Part shown: positions 1-10,276 of the stretch, one piece after another
Numbering within the stretch: the first letter of the stretch is position 1
Layout: each line of letters opens with the position of its first letter
Position numbers and translations under genes: made by a program
The notes under the pieces: generated by a model
Seen by the model: only the letters and a program-made list of their open reading frames with translations
Databases searched by the model: none
What the model was told of the DNA's origin: nothing
Assembly (NCBI GenBank): GCA_964655245.1
Contig: CAZZLQ010000005.1
Span: 1 to 57,652, forward strand
From: an uncultured Bacteriovoracaceae bacterium
Lineage (GTDB): Bacteria > Bdellovibrionota > UBA2394
Reading direction: 5' to 3'
Length of the DNA stretch: 57,652 nucleotides

Positions 1-15
1 TGAAGTGAGATCTGC

Positions 16-48
16 AAAGCCCCGCCTGAAAAGGCGGGGCTTTTTTTT
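16..48 (+). terminator. Rho-independent terminator of an upstream transcript
   Basis: GCCCCGCCT-GAAA-AGGCGGGGC 9-bp stem with GNRA loop followed by T8. Confidence 0.9.
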
Positions 49-108
49 GAGGGTCAGAAAACTTGCTGATTTCTTAACGTGCACGTAAAGTCCGAGCGAA
101 TTGAAGCC

Positions 109-1236
109 ATGAACACGAATGAAAAAAAACGAGTCCTTGTTGCGATGTCTGGAGGCGTAGATTCCTCGGTCGCCGCGCATTTACTCAAAGAGCAGGGCTT
201 TGAAGTCATTGGCGTGACCTTTCAGCTCTATGACTACTCGCGAGTTAATCGCGAGGCGGGCAAGGGTGGCTGTTGCTCCTTGGAAGATGTTCATGATGCT
301 CGTCGAGTGGCTCTTCAGCTCGGCATCAAGCACTACCTCTTTGACACTCGTGAACGATTTCAGAAGCGAGTGATTGATTATTTTACCAAAGCCTACCAGG
401 CCGGAAAGACACCGAATCCTTGTGTGGCTTGCAATACCTTTATCAAATTCGATGAACTTGAGTTCTATGCCAATGAAGTCGGCGCTGACTATTTTGCAAC
501 GGGTCACTATGTGAAACTCATTCGTGAAGAAAGCGGTCGCGTCTTGTTATCTCCCGCCAAGGATTCCCAAAAGGATCAGTCGTATTTTCTTTACGGCGTT
601 TCCCAAGAGAAGCTGCAACGCTGTCTGTTTCCGGTGGGTGAGTATTCCAAAGACGAGATTCGGCAGATTGCTGAATCTCTGAATCTCGCTGTGTCCCAAA
701 AGCCTGACTCCATGGAAGTCTGTTTTATTCCCAACAATGATTACCGATCGTTTCTCAAAAACGAAGCTGGCATCTCGGATGAGCCAGGAAAGTTTGTTTC
801 AGAAAATGGCAAAGTTTTGGGCGATCATCCAGGCATTCATCACTTCACGATTGGGCAGAAAAAGGGCCTTTCCCAGTGGGGTTTTCATCATCATTATGTG
901 ATTCGAATTGAACCCGAAACTCGAACCGTCGTTCTTGGAGAAGATCGATCCCTTTTGAGCGAGGGTGTGAGCTTTGAAATCACTCAGCTTCACTGTGAAA
1001 TTTCTCAAATCCCGGAAAGGCTTTTTGTCAAAATCCGCTCTCGAGCCTCTCAAGTGGAAGCTCGTATTCATGAGGTTTCTGGGTCAACCATGACCTTGGA
1101 ATTCACAGAGCCTCAACGAGCTGTCACGCCTGGACAGTTCGCCGTTCTTTATCATGAAAACAAGGTTCTTGGCGGTGGCCCGATCCTCAAACCTGTGGCA
1201 TCGTTAAGATCTCATGAACCTAGTCAGTGCGCTTAA
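109..1236 (+). CDS. mnmA: tRNA 2-thiouridine(34) synthase MnmA
   Basis: AMSGGVDSS PP-loop, TPNPCVACN, ATGHY, KDQSYFL, AVTPGQ motifs; ATG at 109 preferred over GTG at 79. Confidence 0.96.
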   Translation: MNTNEKKRVLVAMSGGVDSSVAAHLLKEQGFEVIGVTFQLYDYSRVNREAGKGGCCSLEDVHDARRVALQLGIKHYLFDTRERFQKRVIDYFTKAYQAGKTPNPCVACNTFIKFDELEFYANEVGADYFATGHYVKLIREESGRVLLSPAKDSQKDQSYFLYGVSQEKLQRCLFPVGEYSKDEIRQIAESLNLAVSQKPDSMEVCFIPNNDYRSFLKNEAGISDEPGKFVSENGKVLGDHPGIHHFTIGQKKGLSQWGFHHHYVIRIEPETRTVVLGEDRSLLSEGVSFEITQLHCEISQIPERLFVKIRSRASQVEARIHEVSGSTMTLEFTEPQRAVTPGQFAVLYHENKVLGGGPILKPVASLRSHEPSQCA

Positions 1237-1981
1237 ATCAAAGTGGTCCATTGAGTTTAAAGACATCAGTCTGCTCGATCTCGCGCTGACTCACAGCTCA
1301 TACGTTCACGAAAAACGCCTCAAAGTTTCTGAAAGCAATGAGCGCCTTGAATTTTTGGGCGATTCAGTTTTGAATTTTTGCATTGCTGAGATGCTCGTCC
1401 GAGCCTTTCCCGAAGAGCCCGAGGGAGCTCTGTCTAAGAGACGAGCGGCTCTGGTGAACCAAAAGATCTTATCCCGCTTGGCGGCTGACTTGGGCCTTGG
1501 TGAAGCCTTGAGGCTTGGCAAAGGCGAAGAAAAGACGGGTGGTCGCACCAAAGAAAGCATCATGGGCGATGCGTTCGAAGCTCTGGTGGGCGCCATCTAT
1601 CTGGATCAAGGCATCGAGGGAGTTCGAAGCTTTTTGAACAAAGTTTTTGAAAGTCTGATTCCTGAATCAAAGCATATCGAAGTGAGTCAGGACTACAAAA
1701 CAAAGCTTCAGGAGTACGCTCAGCGGCTCATCAAGAAATCCCCCAAATACGTCCTGGAAAACACTCACGGACCTGATCACTCCAAAACCTTTGAGGTGCG
1801 GCTTGAATTTGCAGGTGAGATTCTGGGTCACGGAAAGGGGCGCTCGAAACGCGAAGCGGAACAAGACGCAGCTCGCCAAGCGCTCCTCCATCTAAAAAAG
1901 GTTGATAGGCTTGCCAAGGCACGAAACAATGAACGGGTGAAGGAAAAGGCAAAAAAACCAAAAGCTCAGGCAGGGGAGTAG
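1214..1981 (+). CDS. rnc: Ribonuclease III
   Basis: ALTHSSY, NERLEFLGDSVL signature, DAFEALVGAIYLD, dsRBD (DYKTKLQE...GPDH...AEQDAA); basic C-terminal tail. Confidence 0.96.
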   Translation: MNLVSALKSKWSIEFKDISLLDLALTHSSYVHEKRLKVSESNERLEFLGDSVLNFCIAEMLVRAFPEEPEGALSKRRAALVNQKILSRLAADLGLGEALRLGKGEEKTGGRTKESIMGDAFEALVGAIYLDQGIEGVRSFLNKVFESLIPESKHIEVSQDYKTKLQEYAQRLIKKSPKYVLENTHGPDHSKTFEVRLEFAGEILGHGKGRSKREAEQDAARQALLHLKKVDRLAKARNNERVKEKAKKPKAQAGE

Positions 1982-1984
1982 TTC

Positions 1985-3133
1985 ATGAATCCGTGTCATT
2001 TTTTGTTCCTAGTCGTCTCGGCAGGATTACTTCTGGGTTGTGGAGTTTCGTCGGGGACGACACCGGGAAACAACCGAGATACCTCGTATTACTTCTTGAA
2101 GGATTCAGCCTTCCAACCCGTTCGTCGAGAAGGCACCTCTGGTGCCACTGAACTCATCATTGGGGATTTTACGAATGATACCTATGACGACCTCATCGTG
2201 CTGACCGAATCAGCTGGAATGGTCTTTTATAGAAATACGGCAGGAACGGGCTTTCAAGCCGGAGATTTGATTGGGGTGACCCCCGCGAATCATAATTATG
2301 CTGCGGTTTACAATCGCGGGTTGATGGTTGCGGAGTCGGGGACGGGCAGTTTGAGATACCTGCAGAACAACTCTGGGTTCAGCCTCAATACCACCTTCTT
2401 GGAGCCACGAGTCTCTGCGGCTACTCAAGTTGCCATCGCTGGAACATCCGTTGCGGTCATGACGGAAAGCACTCACTTCATGGCAAAGATAGGAGCCTCG
2501 GCCTTTCAAAACGTTGTCAGCTTGACCGATGTGTTTCCGGGAGCTTCGGGCCGAGTGCAGGCGGGAAGGATCAACAACGACTCTCTAGATGATTTTATGT
2601 TCGTAGCCAACGCCGGAAGTCAAACGGCTAAGTTCTACAGAGGCACCAGCAATGGAATGCAAGCGGCCACAGCCTCAGTCAACCGCTCCTCCTCCAATGA
2701 CGTGAATGATTTCGTCCTCGCCAACTTCACGGGCAGTGACGCCGTGGATGCGCTTCTTCTGACATCGGCAGGTTTGGAGCTCCTCGAAAATCAAAGTACG
2801 GCATCGATCGTCCTGCAAAATGCCACCCTTCTCGGAGATGTTTCGTCGGTGGGAACTCAGGCGGTTGCCGGAGATTTCCTCCGTCAAGACGACCTCAACG
2901 ATGTGTATCTGATCCGAGCCTCTGGAAAGGGCGTCCTCTTATCACGCTCAGGCTCCGATTCCCTTCTGTTTGAAGACATCACCGCCACTGACGGCTTTGC
3001 CACCGCAGACCAGGGCTCTGGGCCCGTGGATGTGGTCAAAGGAGACTTTGACGGAGATAATCGACTGGACCTCGCAGAGCTTTATTCTAATGGCTCCATA
3101 CGGGTCTATATGAACACCGCAAAGAGCGAGTAA
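1985..3133 (+). CDS. Lipoprotein with FG-GAP/VCBS-like repeats
   Basis: Lipobox LLLGC; repeated GDFxxDxxxDL motifs (GDFTNDTYDDL, GRINNDSLDDF, GDFDGDNRLDL). Confidence 0.75.
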   Translation: MNPCHFLFLVVSAGLLLGCGVSSGTTPGNNRDTSYYFLKDSAFQPVRREGTSGATELIIGDFTNDTYDDLIVLTESAGMVFYRNTAGTGFQAGDLIGVTPANHNYAAVYNRGLMVAESGTGSLRYLQNNSGFSLNTTFLEPRVSAATQVAIAGTSVAVMTESTHFMAKIGASAFQNVVSLTDVFPGASGRVQAGRINNDSLDDFMFVANAGSQTAKFYRGTSNGMQAATASVNRSSSNDVNDFVLANFTGSDAVDALLLTSAGLELLENQSTASIVLQNATLLGDVSSVGTQAVAGDFLRQDDLNDVYLIRASGKGVLLSRSGSDSLLFEDITATDGFATADQGSGPVDVVKGDFDGDNRLDLAELYSNGSIRVYMNTAKSE

Positions 3134-3196
3134 ACCCCTTTTTTGAGGGATCTGCAGGTTTCCAAGCCGACCGTCCTGGGCTAAGGTACGCCCCTC

Positions 3197-4561
3197 ATGG
3201 CCATTGCACTTATCGGAAGACCGAATGTCGGTAAAAGCTCTCTTTTTAATCGCCTTACGCGAAGCCGACGCTCTTTGGTCTGGGATCAGCCCGGCGTGAC
3301 TCGAGACATTGTTCGAGGTGTCTGGGCCAGTGATAACGGACAGAAGTATGAGCTCTGGGATCTGGCCGGTTATGGAATGTTTGGCGTCTCGCTGATGAAT
3401 ATGCCGGAGGATCTTCGAAGCAAGATCCAGTTTGCGATTTTGGTGGTCGATGGATCCAGTGAGCTGACGGAAGAAGATCGCGAGTGCATCAAGGACATGC
3501 GCAAATTGAACTGCCCGGTTCTCTTGATTGCGAACAAAGCTGACAAACGAACCTTCGACACACACAAAGACGAGCTGCTTGAACACTTCAAAGAATCTAT
3601 CATTGAGGTCTCTGCAGAAACCAAAGTCGGACTGAATGAGCTTGAAGAAGGGCTGGAAGCACTCGTTCGGGATCACGCTGATCGCGCCGAGCTTTGCCGA
3701 GTGCAAGAAAGTACAAACACAAAGAATGAATACAAGATTCTGATTCTGGGTCGCCCGAATGTTGGCAAAAGCTCTCTTATGAATGCTCTGGCTGGTCAGA
3801 CGATCTCATTGGTTGCCGATCAGGCAGGGACTACACGAGACGTTGTTTCCCACTCGATTGATCGAAAATCCAGACGCTGGACCTTTTTTGACACGGCGGG
3901 AGTTCGCAAGAAGCCGAAAATTTATGGGCGAGATGCAGACCCCATTGAGATTTTTTCTGCGGGAAAGGCCCTGCAGGAAATCAAAAAAGTGGATCAAGTC
4001 ATTCTTGTGATGGAACCTGAGCAGTACGCTGAGGCCCGCGCTCAAGACAAAAAATTATTGGCTCTCATTCGTCAGGAGCTCAAACCCACAGTCATTCTGG
4101 TCAACAAATGGGATCTTGCTCGAAAGGATTGGTCTGAGAAGGACTATCGGAACAATTTGAAAGACTTCCTGGGAGATCTTCATCATCTTCCCATTTTGTT
4201 CGTCTCCGCCAAAACAGGATTCCACGTGGGTAAGATTTTTCAGATTCTGGATGAAATGGCTTCGCAGTTTCAAACCATTTCAACGTCTCGGCTCAATTCA
4301 TGGCTTAAGAAAACCCTGCTCCTGAAGCCACCTCGTGTGGCTCGTCGCGGGAAAACTCTTAAGACTGGAAGAACTCCAACCCAATACCTTTCGATCCAAT
4401 ATGTAGTTCAAACAAAGGTGCGTCCGATGACCTTCTTGTTCTTCTGCAATGCCCCTCAAGCCGTGGCAGACGATGACAAGAGATTCCTCGAAAACCAGCT
4501 TAGAAAGAGCTTCCCCCTGGTCGGATTCCCCATTCAACTGAATTTCCGAAAGAAAAATTAG
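3197..4561 (+). CDS. der: Ribosome biogenesis GTPase Der (EngA)
   Basis: Two G domains (GRPNVGKSS twice; PGVTRD/AGTTRD; DTAG; NKAD/NKWD) plus KH-like C-terminus (RFLENQLR). Confidence 0.95.
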   Translation: MAIALIGRPNVGKSSLFNRLTRSRRSLVWDQPGVTRDIVRGVWASDNGQKYELWDLAGYGMFGVSLMNMPEDLRSKIQFAILVVDGSSELTEEDRECIKDMRKLNCPVLLIANKADKRTFDTHKDELLEHFKESIIEVSAETKVGLNELEEGLEALVRDHADRAELCRVQESTNTKNEYKILILGRPNVGKSSLMNALAGQTISLVADQAGTTRDVVSHSIDRKSRRWTFFDTAGVRKKPKIYGRDADPIEIFSAGKALQEIKKVDQVILVMEPEQYAEARAQDKKLLALIRQELKPTVILVNKWDLARKDWSEKDYRNNLKDFLGDLHHLPILFVSAKTGFHVGKIFQILDEMASQFQTISTSRLNSWLKKTLLLKPPRVARRGKTLKTGRTPTQYLSIQYVVQTKVRPMTFLFFCNAPQAVADDDKRFLENQLRKSFPLVGFPIQLNFRKKN

Positions 4562-4602
4562 AAGCTTGGCACGGCGAGCGCCTTTTCAGTAGTTTTGAGC
4601 GT

Positions 4603-5688
4603 ATGTTCAAGACCCTGATTCTTCAGCACCTTATCGCAGCCATTCAATTGACGAACGTTTGGACAGTCGAAACCAATCGAGCAGAGACCGCGCTGCAGGA
4701 GTATCAGGAGTATCGACTGGGTGGCATGGTCAAGGATGCTAACGCTTTCTACCTCCCTGGTTCCCGAAAATCCCTTGAGAAACGAAGCTTGGCCACAGGA
4801 TCTCTGATCTGGTCGGCAGGGCTTCAAGGCGATTCACAGGCCCTTTGGACTCTCAACGAGGGGACGATCTATGGCGGGGATTCTCGTGGCAACCTCTACG
4901 CGATTGATACCCGAACAGGTCAGATCAAGTGGACCACTTCGACGAAGGGCATGTTTGTTTCTGCTCCAGCCGTCAAAGAACAGCAACTGTGGACGATGAA
5001 TTCATTGGGGGTCCTCCAATCCTACGACAAAAATTCCGGCCAGTGGTTGTGGCAGCAAACAGATCCCTCGGTGGGGAGCTTGATGCTCTGGTCTGCCAGA
5101 GGTCCTGTTTTGATGGGAGATCAGATCATCGCCGGATTTCCATCGGCTTTGATTCAATCCTTTGATGCTCAATCAGGACGGCTTTTATGGAAGGATTCCT
5201 TTCAGATTCTTCCCGGTGGAAGTGACAGCTTCAACGACTTGAGGTCTGTTTCAGGAAAGGACAAGCAGCTTTTTGCTTCGAGCTTTGCGGGAAATCTCAA
5301 AGTTTGGATGCTTGATGTCGCGAATCCCAAAGTCAAATGGGAGAAAAAGATTTCTCTCTATGCACCGGTGTCGTTTTATGAGGATCGAGTCATTTTGTCG
5401 GCCAAAGATGGCAGCGTTCAAGCGCTCGATATGGACAATGGTTTGGAGAAGTGGAAGTTCCAGCTCACCCAAGGTCTTGGCAGCCAGCCCGTTCTCTCCA
5501 ACGATGGAGTTTGGGTATCCACCACCGAAGGCCAAGTCTATCTTCTCTCTCATGATGGGAAGCTGAAAGCAAAAACAGACTCCACCGAAACACCCATTTG
5601 GAATGCTCCCTTGGTGGTTGAAGCGGACGAAGTGATTGTGATGACAAGTCGTGGAATCATTCGCCGAATCAAAGCCTCAGTGAATTAG
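4603..5688 (+). CDS. PQQ-like beta-propeller protein, BamB-like
   Basis: Repeated A.D..tG...W propeller motifs; adjacent to der as bamB usually is; no lipobox. Confidence 0.7.
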   Translation: MFKTLILQHLIAAIQLTNVWTVETNRAETALQEYQEYRLGGMVKDANAFYLPGSRKSLEKRSLATGSLIWSAGLQGDSQALWTLNEGTIYGGDSRGNLYAIDTRTGQIKWTTSTKGMFVSAPAVKEQQLWTMNSLGVLQSYDKNSGQWLWQQTDPSVGSLMLWSARGPVLMGDQIIAGFPSALIQSFDAQSGRLLWKDSFQILPGGSDSFNDLRSVSGKDKQLFASSFAGNLKVWMLDVANPKVKWEKKISLYAPVSFYEDRVILSAKDGSVQALDMDNGLEKWKFQLTQGLGSQPVLSNDGVWVSTTEGQVYLLSHDGKLKAKTDSTETPIWNAPLVVEADEVIVMTSRGIIRRIKASVN

Positions 5689-5700
5689 CTAAGCGATTCA

Positions 5701-6693
5701 TCAAGATCGCTTTCGAAGATTCAAAAGCTGGATAAACTTTTCGACCAGATTGGGATCGAAATGGTTTTTCATTTCAACAGCAATGATTTTGAAAGCATCA
5801 AAAGGCTTCATCGCCTTTTGATAAACTCGATTCGTCGTCATGGCATCGTAAGCATCACAGAGTGAGACCACCTGAGAGACGATGGGAATCTTGTCACCCT
5901 TCAGCCCGAAGGGATATCCAATACCTGTAATCTTCTCATGATGCTGATGAACAATATCTTTGCCTCGCTCAGGAACTGTTGAGGAAAAGAGCATTTCATA
6001 TCCGAATGTGGGGTGTTTTTTCATCACCGTCCATTCATCTTCCGTTAGCGGTGCAGGCTTGTTGAGAATTTCAAGAGGTACTCGAGACTTACCAATATCG
6101 TGAAGCAAGGCTCCCATTCCTGCCTCTTTGAGAATCTGCGGATCATTGACTCCCATCGCCGAAAGCAACCCGACCGTAAACGTCATCACATTTACGCAAT
6201 GAGTGTAGGTATAGTAGTCATGACCTGAGAGCGAAATCATTTCCAAAAATGCATTAGAGTTTTTGGCCATCAGTCGAATCGTTCCCTCAACGACTGTTTT
6301 GGTGGATGCCAGATCCTTGGGCTGCTCAGGATTATCGAAGATCTCTTTGGCAATTCCCGAAGCGCACTGATAGAGCACGTCGGCCTTTTTCTGGGATGAG
6401 ATTTTGGGGCTATCAATGATCGTCGTGAGATTGCCTTCAAAAAACCGACGAAGATCCGCCTCAGATTCACAGTAGATGTAGACCGTCTGAACATTTGCAC
6501 CTTCTAAGCGCTGCTTTTCAAGCACGGTAAAGGGCAGATGAGCGGCGCGATAGAGCACAAAATGCCCATCATGATTGAGATAGATGTGATGATTGCAAAC
6601 CGAATCCAAAGTAAAAAAATGGAGATCAACTGCGACAAAAGGATCTTTAGGTGTCGGAAGGGTCTTCCTTTCGAGCAGTTGAGTGGATTTCAT
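5701..6693 (-). CDS. HD-GYP domain phosphodiesterase
   Basis: YTYTHCVNV, LLHDIGK, HHEKITGIGYP, CDAYDAMTTNRVY. Confidence 0.92.
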   Translation of the reverse strand: MKSTQLLERKTLPTPKDPFVAVDLHFFTLDSVCNHHIYLNHDGHFVLYRAAHLPFTVLEKQRLEGANVQTVYIYCESEADLRRFFEGNLTTIIDSPKISSQKKADVLYQCASGIAKEIFDNPEQPKDLASTKTVVEGTIRLMAKNSNAFLEMISLSGHDYYTYTHCVNVMTFTVGLLSAMGVNDPQILKEAGMGALLHDIGKSRVPLEILNKPAPLTEDEWTVMKKHPTFGYEMLFSSTVPERGKDIVHQHHEKITGIGYPFGLKGDKIPIVSQVVSLCDAYDAMTTNRVYQKAMKPFDAFKIIAVEMKNHFDPNLVEKFIQLLNLRKRS

Positions 6694-7655
6694 TTGGTCA
6701 TCACTTTCACAAGAGCTACCAAAACATTCTGATCGTATTCGTCTTTGAGTTCTCCCTGCATCACTTTGATGGCCTGGAGAGGTGAGATCGAATTCTGAAA
6801 CACGCGATCGGTGGTCAAAGCATCAAAGCAGTCAACGACAGCCACGATTTTGGCAAACGGATGAATCTCATAAGAAAGACGAGAGGGGTAGCCCGACGCA
6901 TTTTCTCTTTCGTGGTGCTGCAAAACAATTTGTTCGGAGAGCTCAGGAACAGAACGCGACGCTCGCAAGATATCAAATCCATACCGTGGATGAAGCTCAA
7001 CAACTTTTCGATCCTCACCACTGAGGCGGCCCTCTTGAGACAGAATCTTTGAGTCGACTTTTGTCTTCCCAATATCATGTAAAAGCGCACCAATGCCGAG
7101 TTCGGAGATTTGATTAAACGTCTTAATCCCCATCTCCCGCCCCACGGCAATAGCATAGATGGCTGTATGCCAAGCATGGCTAAACTCAGAATAGCTTCGA
7201 GTCGCCATACTCATCACGGCAAAGAAGTTGTCGGCCCGCTCAGAAAGAAACTCAATCGACCGATGGACGGACTTCACCGAACGCTTGAGGTTTTCTGTCG
7301 ACATCGGCTTTTGATAAAGGTCTTCAACCATCGATGAAGAAGTCTCGTAGAGAAGTTGAGCTTTCTCTCGAGTTGCAACGATAGGAGATTCCAGAATTCG
7401 AGAAAGGTTTTTCTCAATCACTTCGTGATGAGCCCGAGTGCTTGGTAACTTAATGTAGAGATGAAAGATCTGAAAGTCCTCAAGATGAACTCGATCTTCT
7501 TCTTTCCAAGAAAGATCCTTCATCTTGTAGAGAATATATTGTCCTTGATAGAGGAAGTAGACATCGTCTTCGAGAATATCTCCCGGACGATACAAAGCGA
7601 GCGGGACACGATAAAATGTGTCCTTCGGAATCTCATCCGCCACCCCAGCTCTCAT
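6690..7655 (-). CDS. HD-GYP domain phosphodiesterase
   Basis: LLHDIGK, HHERENASGYP, VDCFDALTTDR; 4-bp overlap with the downstream paralog. Confidence 0.9.
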   Translation of the reverse strand: MRAGVADEIPKDTFYRVPLALYRPGDILEDDVYFLYQGQYILYKMKDLSWKEEDRVHLEDFQIFHLYIKLPSTRAHHEVIEKNLSRILESPIVATREKAQLLYETSSSMVEDLYQKPMSTENLKRSVKSVHRSIEFLSERADNFFAVMSMATRSYSEFSHAWHTAIYAIAVGREMGIKTFNQISELGIGALLHDIGKTKVDSKILSQEGRLSGEDRKVVELHPRYGFDILRASRSVPELSEQIVLQHHERENASGYPSRLSYEIHPFAKIVAVVDCFDALTTDRVFQNSISPLQAIKVMQGELKDEYDQNVLVALVKVMTK

Positions 7656-7737
7656 CTCTTTAGAATATCATGGCTTGGGTGACGACAGATCTACCCAAAA
7701 CCCCTTTGAAATCAGGGCCTTATGCTGACAACCCGCG

Positions 7738-8760
7738 TCACGCTCGTGACCAATGGGCCAGAGCTTTAATCCAAAGAGAGTGATGATTGAGAGAGGGCAT
7801 GAGGACAAGTTCCTCTCCACCAGCTTCCTTAAAAACCTCAGTACCTCGAATGCCGATCTCCTCGGTGGTCTCAAGACAATCAGAAACAAACGAAGGACAA
7901 AAGACCGCAAGGCGCCTCACGCCTAAATTGGCCAAGCGAACAAACTCATCTTCCGTGTAGGGCTTAATCCAATCAGCACGTCCCAGACGAGACTGGAAAC
8001 TGACCGACCAACGAGAGGGCTCTGATCCCAAGTTGAGCCTCGTCGCTATTGCTTTGGCTGTTTCAACGCTGTGATGTCGATAGCAAAACGCATTCGCTGA
8101 AGTCGCTTGCCAACAGCACATTTGATCTCGAGTGCAATAGGCTTTGGATGCATCCGCTTTGACAAGCTGACGAGTAGGCAACCCATGGAAGCTAAACAGA
8201 ACATGATCAAAGTGCCCCTGATTCTTGAATCCAGAAGCCTCAATGGCGGCTTGAACATAACGATCGTTTTTGTAAAACGGAGGCAGCACGGAAAACTCGG
8301 CTTTCATTTGGTTTTTTGCAGCCAGCTCATAGACTTTCTCAAGGGACGATCGTGTGGTGGCTTCCGCATACTGGGGATAGAGAGGCATCAGTTGAATCTG
8401 GGAAACTCCCTCTTGCTGGAACTCTCGCAAAGCCTTCTCCAGTGAGGGATTGCCATAACGCATTCCCACTTTGACCGAAAAGTCAGATCCCAGCTCCGAC
8501 TGAAGCTCTAAAGCTACTTTGAGTGTCTCGACACGAAGAGGACTTCCTTCTTCGGTCCAAATGGAGGCATAAGCATGCGCCGTTTTTGGAGATCGAAAGG
8601 GAGAGATAATCCCATAAACCAAAAGAGCTCGAAACAAATAGGGGATATCAATCACCCAAGGATCCATGAGAAACTCTCGAAGATAACGTCGACAAGCTTC
8701 CGTTGTAGGAGCGTCCGGAGTTCCAAGCTGAATCAGCAAAATACCTTTTTTAGAAATCAT
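7738..8760 (-). CDS. hemH: Ferrochelatase
   Basis: LGTP, YLREFLMDP, MRYGNPS, PLYPQY, FSFHGLP, FQSRLG, FVSDCLETTEEI; ATG 8760 overlaps the upstream stop (ATGA). Confidence 0.95.
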   Translation of the reverse strand: MISKKGILLIQLGTPDAPTTEACRRYLREFLMDPWVIDIPYLFRALLVYGIISPFRSPKTAHAYASIWTEEGSPLRVETLKVALELQSELGSDFSVKVGMRYGNPSLEKALREFQQEGVSQIQLMPLYPQYAEATTRSSLEKVYELAAKNQMKAEFSVLPPFYKNDRYVQAAIEASGFKNQGHFDHVLFSFHGLPTRQLVKADASKAYCTRDQMCCWQATSANAFCYRHHSVETAKAIATRLNLGSEPSRWSVSFQSRLGRADWIKPYTEDEFVRLANLGVRRLAVFCPSFVSDCLETTEEIGIRGTEVFKEAGGEELVLMPSLNHHSLWIKALAHWSRA

Positions 8761-10115
8761 GAATGATCCACCACAATCGTTTGAATGTTCGTAAATTCCT
8801 TCAATCCCCACTCACCGAGTTCTCTTCCGTATCCGGATCTTTTGACTCCACCAAACGGCAGGCGAGTATCCGATCGCACCACACCGTTAACAAAAACCGA
8901 TCCCGCTTGCACTTGACGAGCCCAGTGGATGGCCTTTGCTTCGTCTTGAGTATGGATACTTGCGCCCAACCCAAATGAAGTGGCATTCGCCAAAGCGAGC
9001 ATCTCAGACTCATCTTCCACAACCAGTAGCAAGACCACGGGGCCAAAAATCTCCTCATTCCAGATCTTCTTGAGCGGACCCTGGTCTACCAGAAGGGTCG
9101 GGGAATAGAAAAATCCAGGGCCAACAGGAATCTGTCCTCCAAGCTCCAGCTTCATTCCTTGTGTTTGAGCCGCTTGCACAAGCTCATGCACTCGTGCTCT
9201 TAAATCCTCCCTCGCGAGGGGACCCATCGAGGTCATTGCATCCAAGGGATCTCCCAATCGAAGTTGAGAGATCTTCTCACGCAACAGTCTTAAACATTCT
9301 TCGCTTCGTCTTTGAGTAACGATGAAGCGCTTGGCAGCTATGCAAGACTGCCCCGCGTTGGCGAGTCTTGACTGTAAGCATCGATCAAGAGCGGGGCCAA
9401 TCGCAGCATCATCCAAGATTAAGGCCGCATCAAGTCCACCAAGCTCAAGCACTGATTTCTTTAGATGCTTCCCTGCAAGGCTTGCAATCAAAGATCCCGT
9501 TGCAACACTGCCTGTGAAACTAACCCCCTGAATTCGATCATCCGCAATCAACGACTCGATTTGGGAGTGGGGACAACGAATCCAATCAAAAGCACCTTGC
9601 AGAGGCTCGAAGCATTCAGCAAGCAGGCGAGTGGTTCGGCAAACGTTTGGAGCTGGCTTGAGAAGCGCAACATTTCCTGCAGCCAGGGCTGGAACAGCAA
9701 AACGGACAGCCTGCCAAACCGGAAAATTCCAAGGCATAACTCCTGCGATAATCCCAAGAGGCTGAAACTCTACAAATGAGCTTTTCATCTCCGTGGCGAC
9801 AGAAACTCTTGTAAGTAAGCTCTCAGACTGAGCCCGATAAAACGCTAAAGCGCTCAAAGACTTTTCGATCTCAACTAGGCTCTCTCGATAGACTTTTCCC
9901 ATCTCCTCGCTGATCGATCGAGCCAGAAGTTCTTTCTTGTCTCGCAGACAAGCCTCGACCTTTTCAAGCCCCAACATCCGCTGATCGAGCGACTGCCTCC
10001 AGGTTTGAAATCGCGATTGAAGAGCCGAAAGAATCTGATGCTGACGAGCGGGCGAATCCGCTTCAAAGATCTCTAGAATCTCCCCGGTGGACGGATTTTG
10101 GCTTCGAAACAGCAT
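8757..10115 (-). CDS. NAD-dependent succinate-semialdehyde dehydrogenase (Sad/GabD1-like)
   Basis: MPWNFPVWQ, FTGS, LELGG, NAGQSCIAAKRF, EEIFGP, PFGGVKRSGYGRELG. Confidence 0.85.
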   Translation of the reverse strand: MLFRSQNPSTGEILEIFEADSPARQHQILSALQSRFQTWRQSLDQRMLGLEKVEACLRDKKELLARSISEEMGKVYRESLVEIEKSLSALAFYRAQSESLLTRVSVATEMKSSFVEFQPLGIIAGVMPWNFPVWQAVRFAVPALAAGNVALLKPAPNVCRTTRLLAECFEPLQGAFDWIRCPHSQIESLIADDRIQGVSFTGSVATGSLIASLAGKHLKKSVLELGGLDAALILDDAAIGPALDRCLQSRLANAGQSCIAAKRFIVTQRRSEECLRLLREKISQLRLGDPLDAMTSMGPLAREDLRARVHELVQAAQTQGMKLELGGQIPVGPGFFYSPTLLVDQGPLKKIWNEEIFGPVVLLLVVEDESEMLALANATSFGLGASIHTQDEAKAIHWARQVQAGSVFVNGVVRSDTRLPFGGVKRSGYGRELGEWGLKEFTNIQTIVVDHS

Positions 10116-10160
10116 GCGCTCTTTATAAACGAAAGAACTGCGAGGGTCACGCTCTCGGGG

Positions 10161-10195
10161 CAAAAGAAAAGGCCCACCTCGACGATGGGCCTTTT
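10161..10195 (-). terminator. Rho-independent terminator
   Basis: Minus strand GGCCCAUC-GUCGA-GGUGGGCC then UUUUCUUUU; a G-U wobble pairs only on the minus strand. Confidence 0.8.
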
Positions 10196-10222
10196 AGTTT
10201 CGGTGACCGACTCCAAATGCGT

Positions 10223-10276
10223 CTAAACGACACGTTTGGAGGAGGCGGTCACCTTAAGACTGTAACATAGAGTCAC
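10223..10276 (-). CDS. Putative 17-aa peptide MTLCYSLKVTASSKRVV
   Basis: GTG start 7 nt after AGGAGG; TAG stop at the loop of the long hairpin; below the ORF-track cutoff. Confidence 0.35.
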   Translation of the reverse strand: MTLCYSLKVTASSKRVV

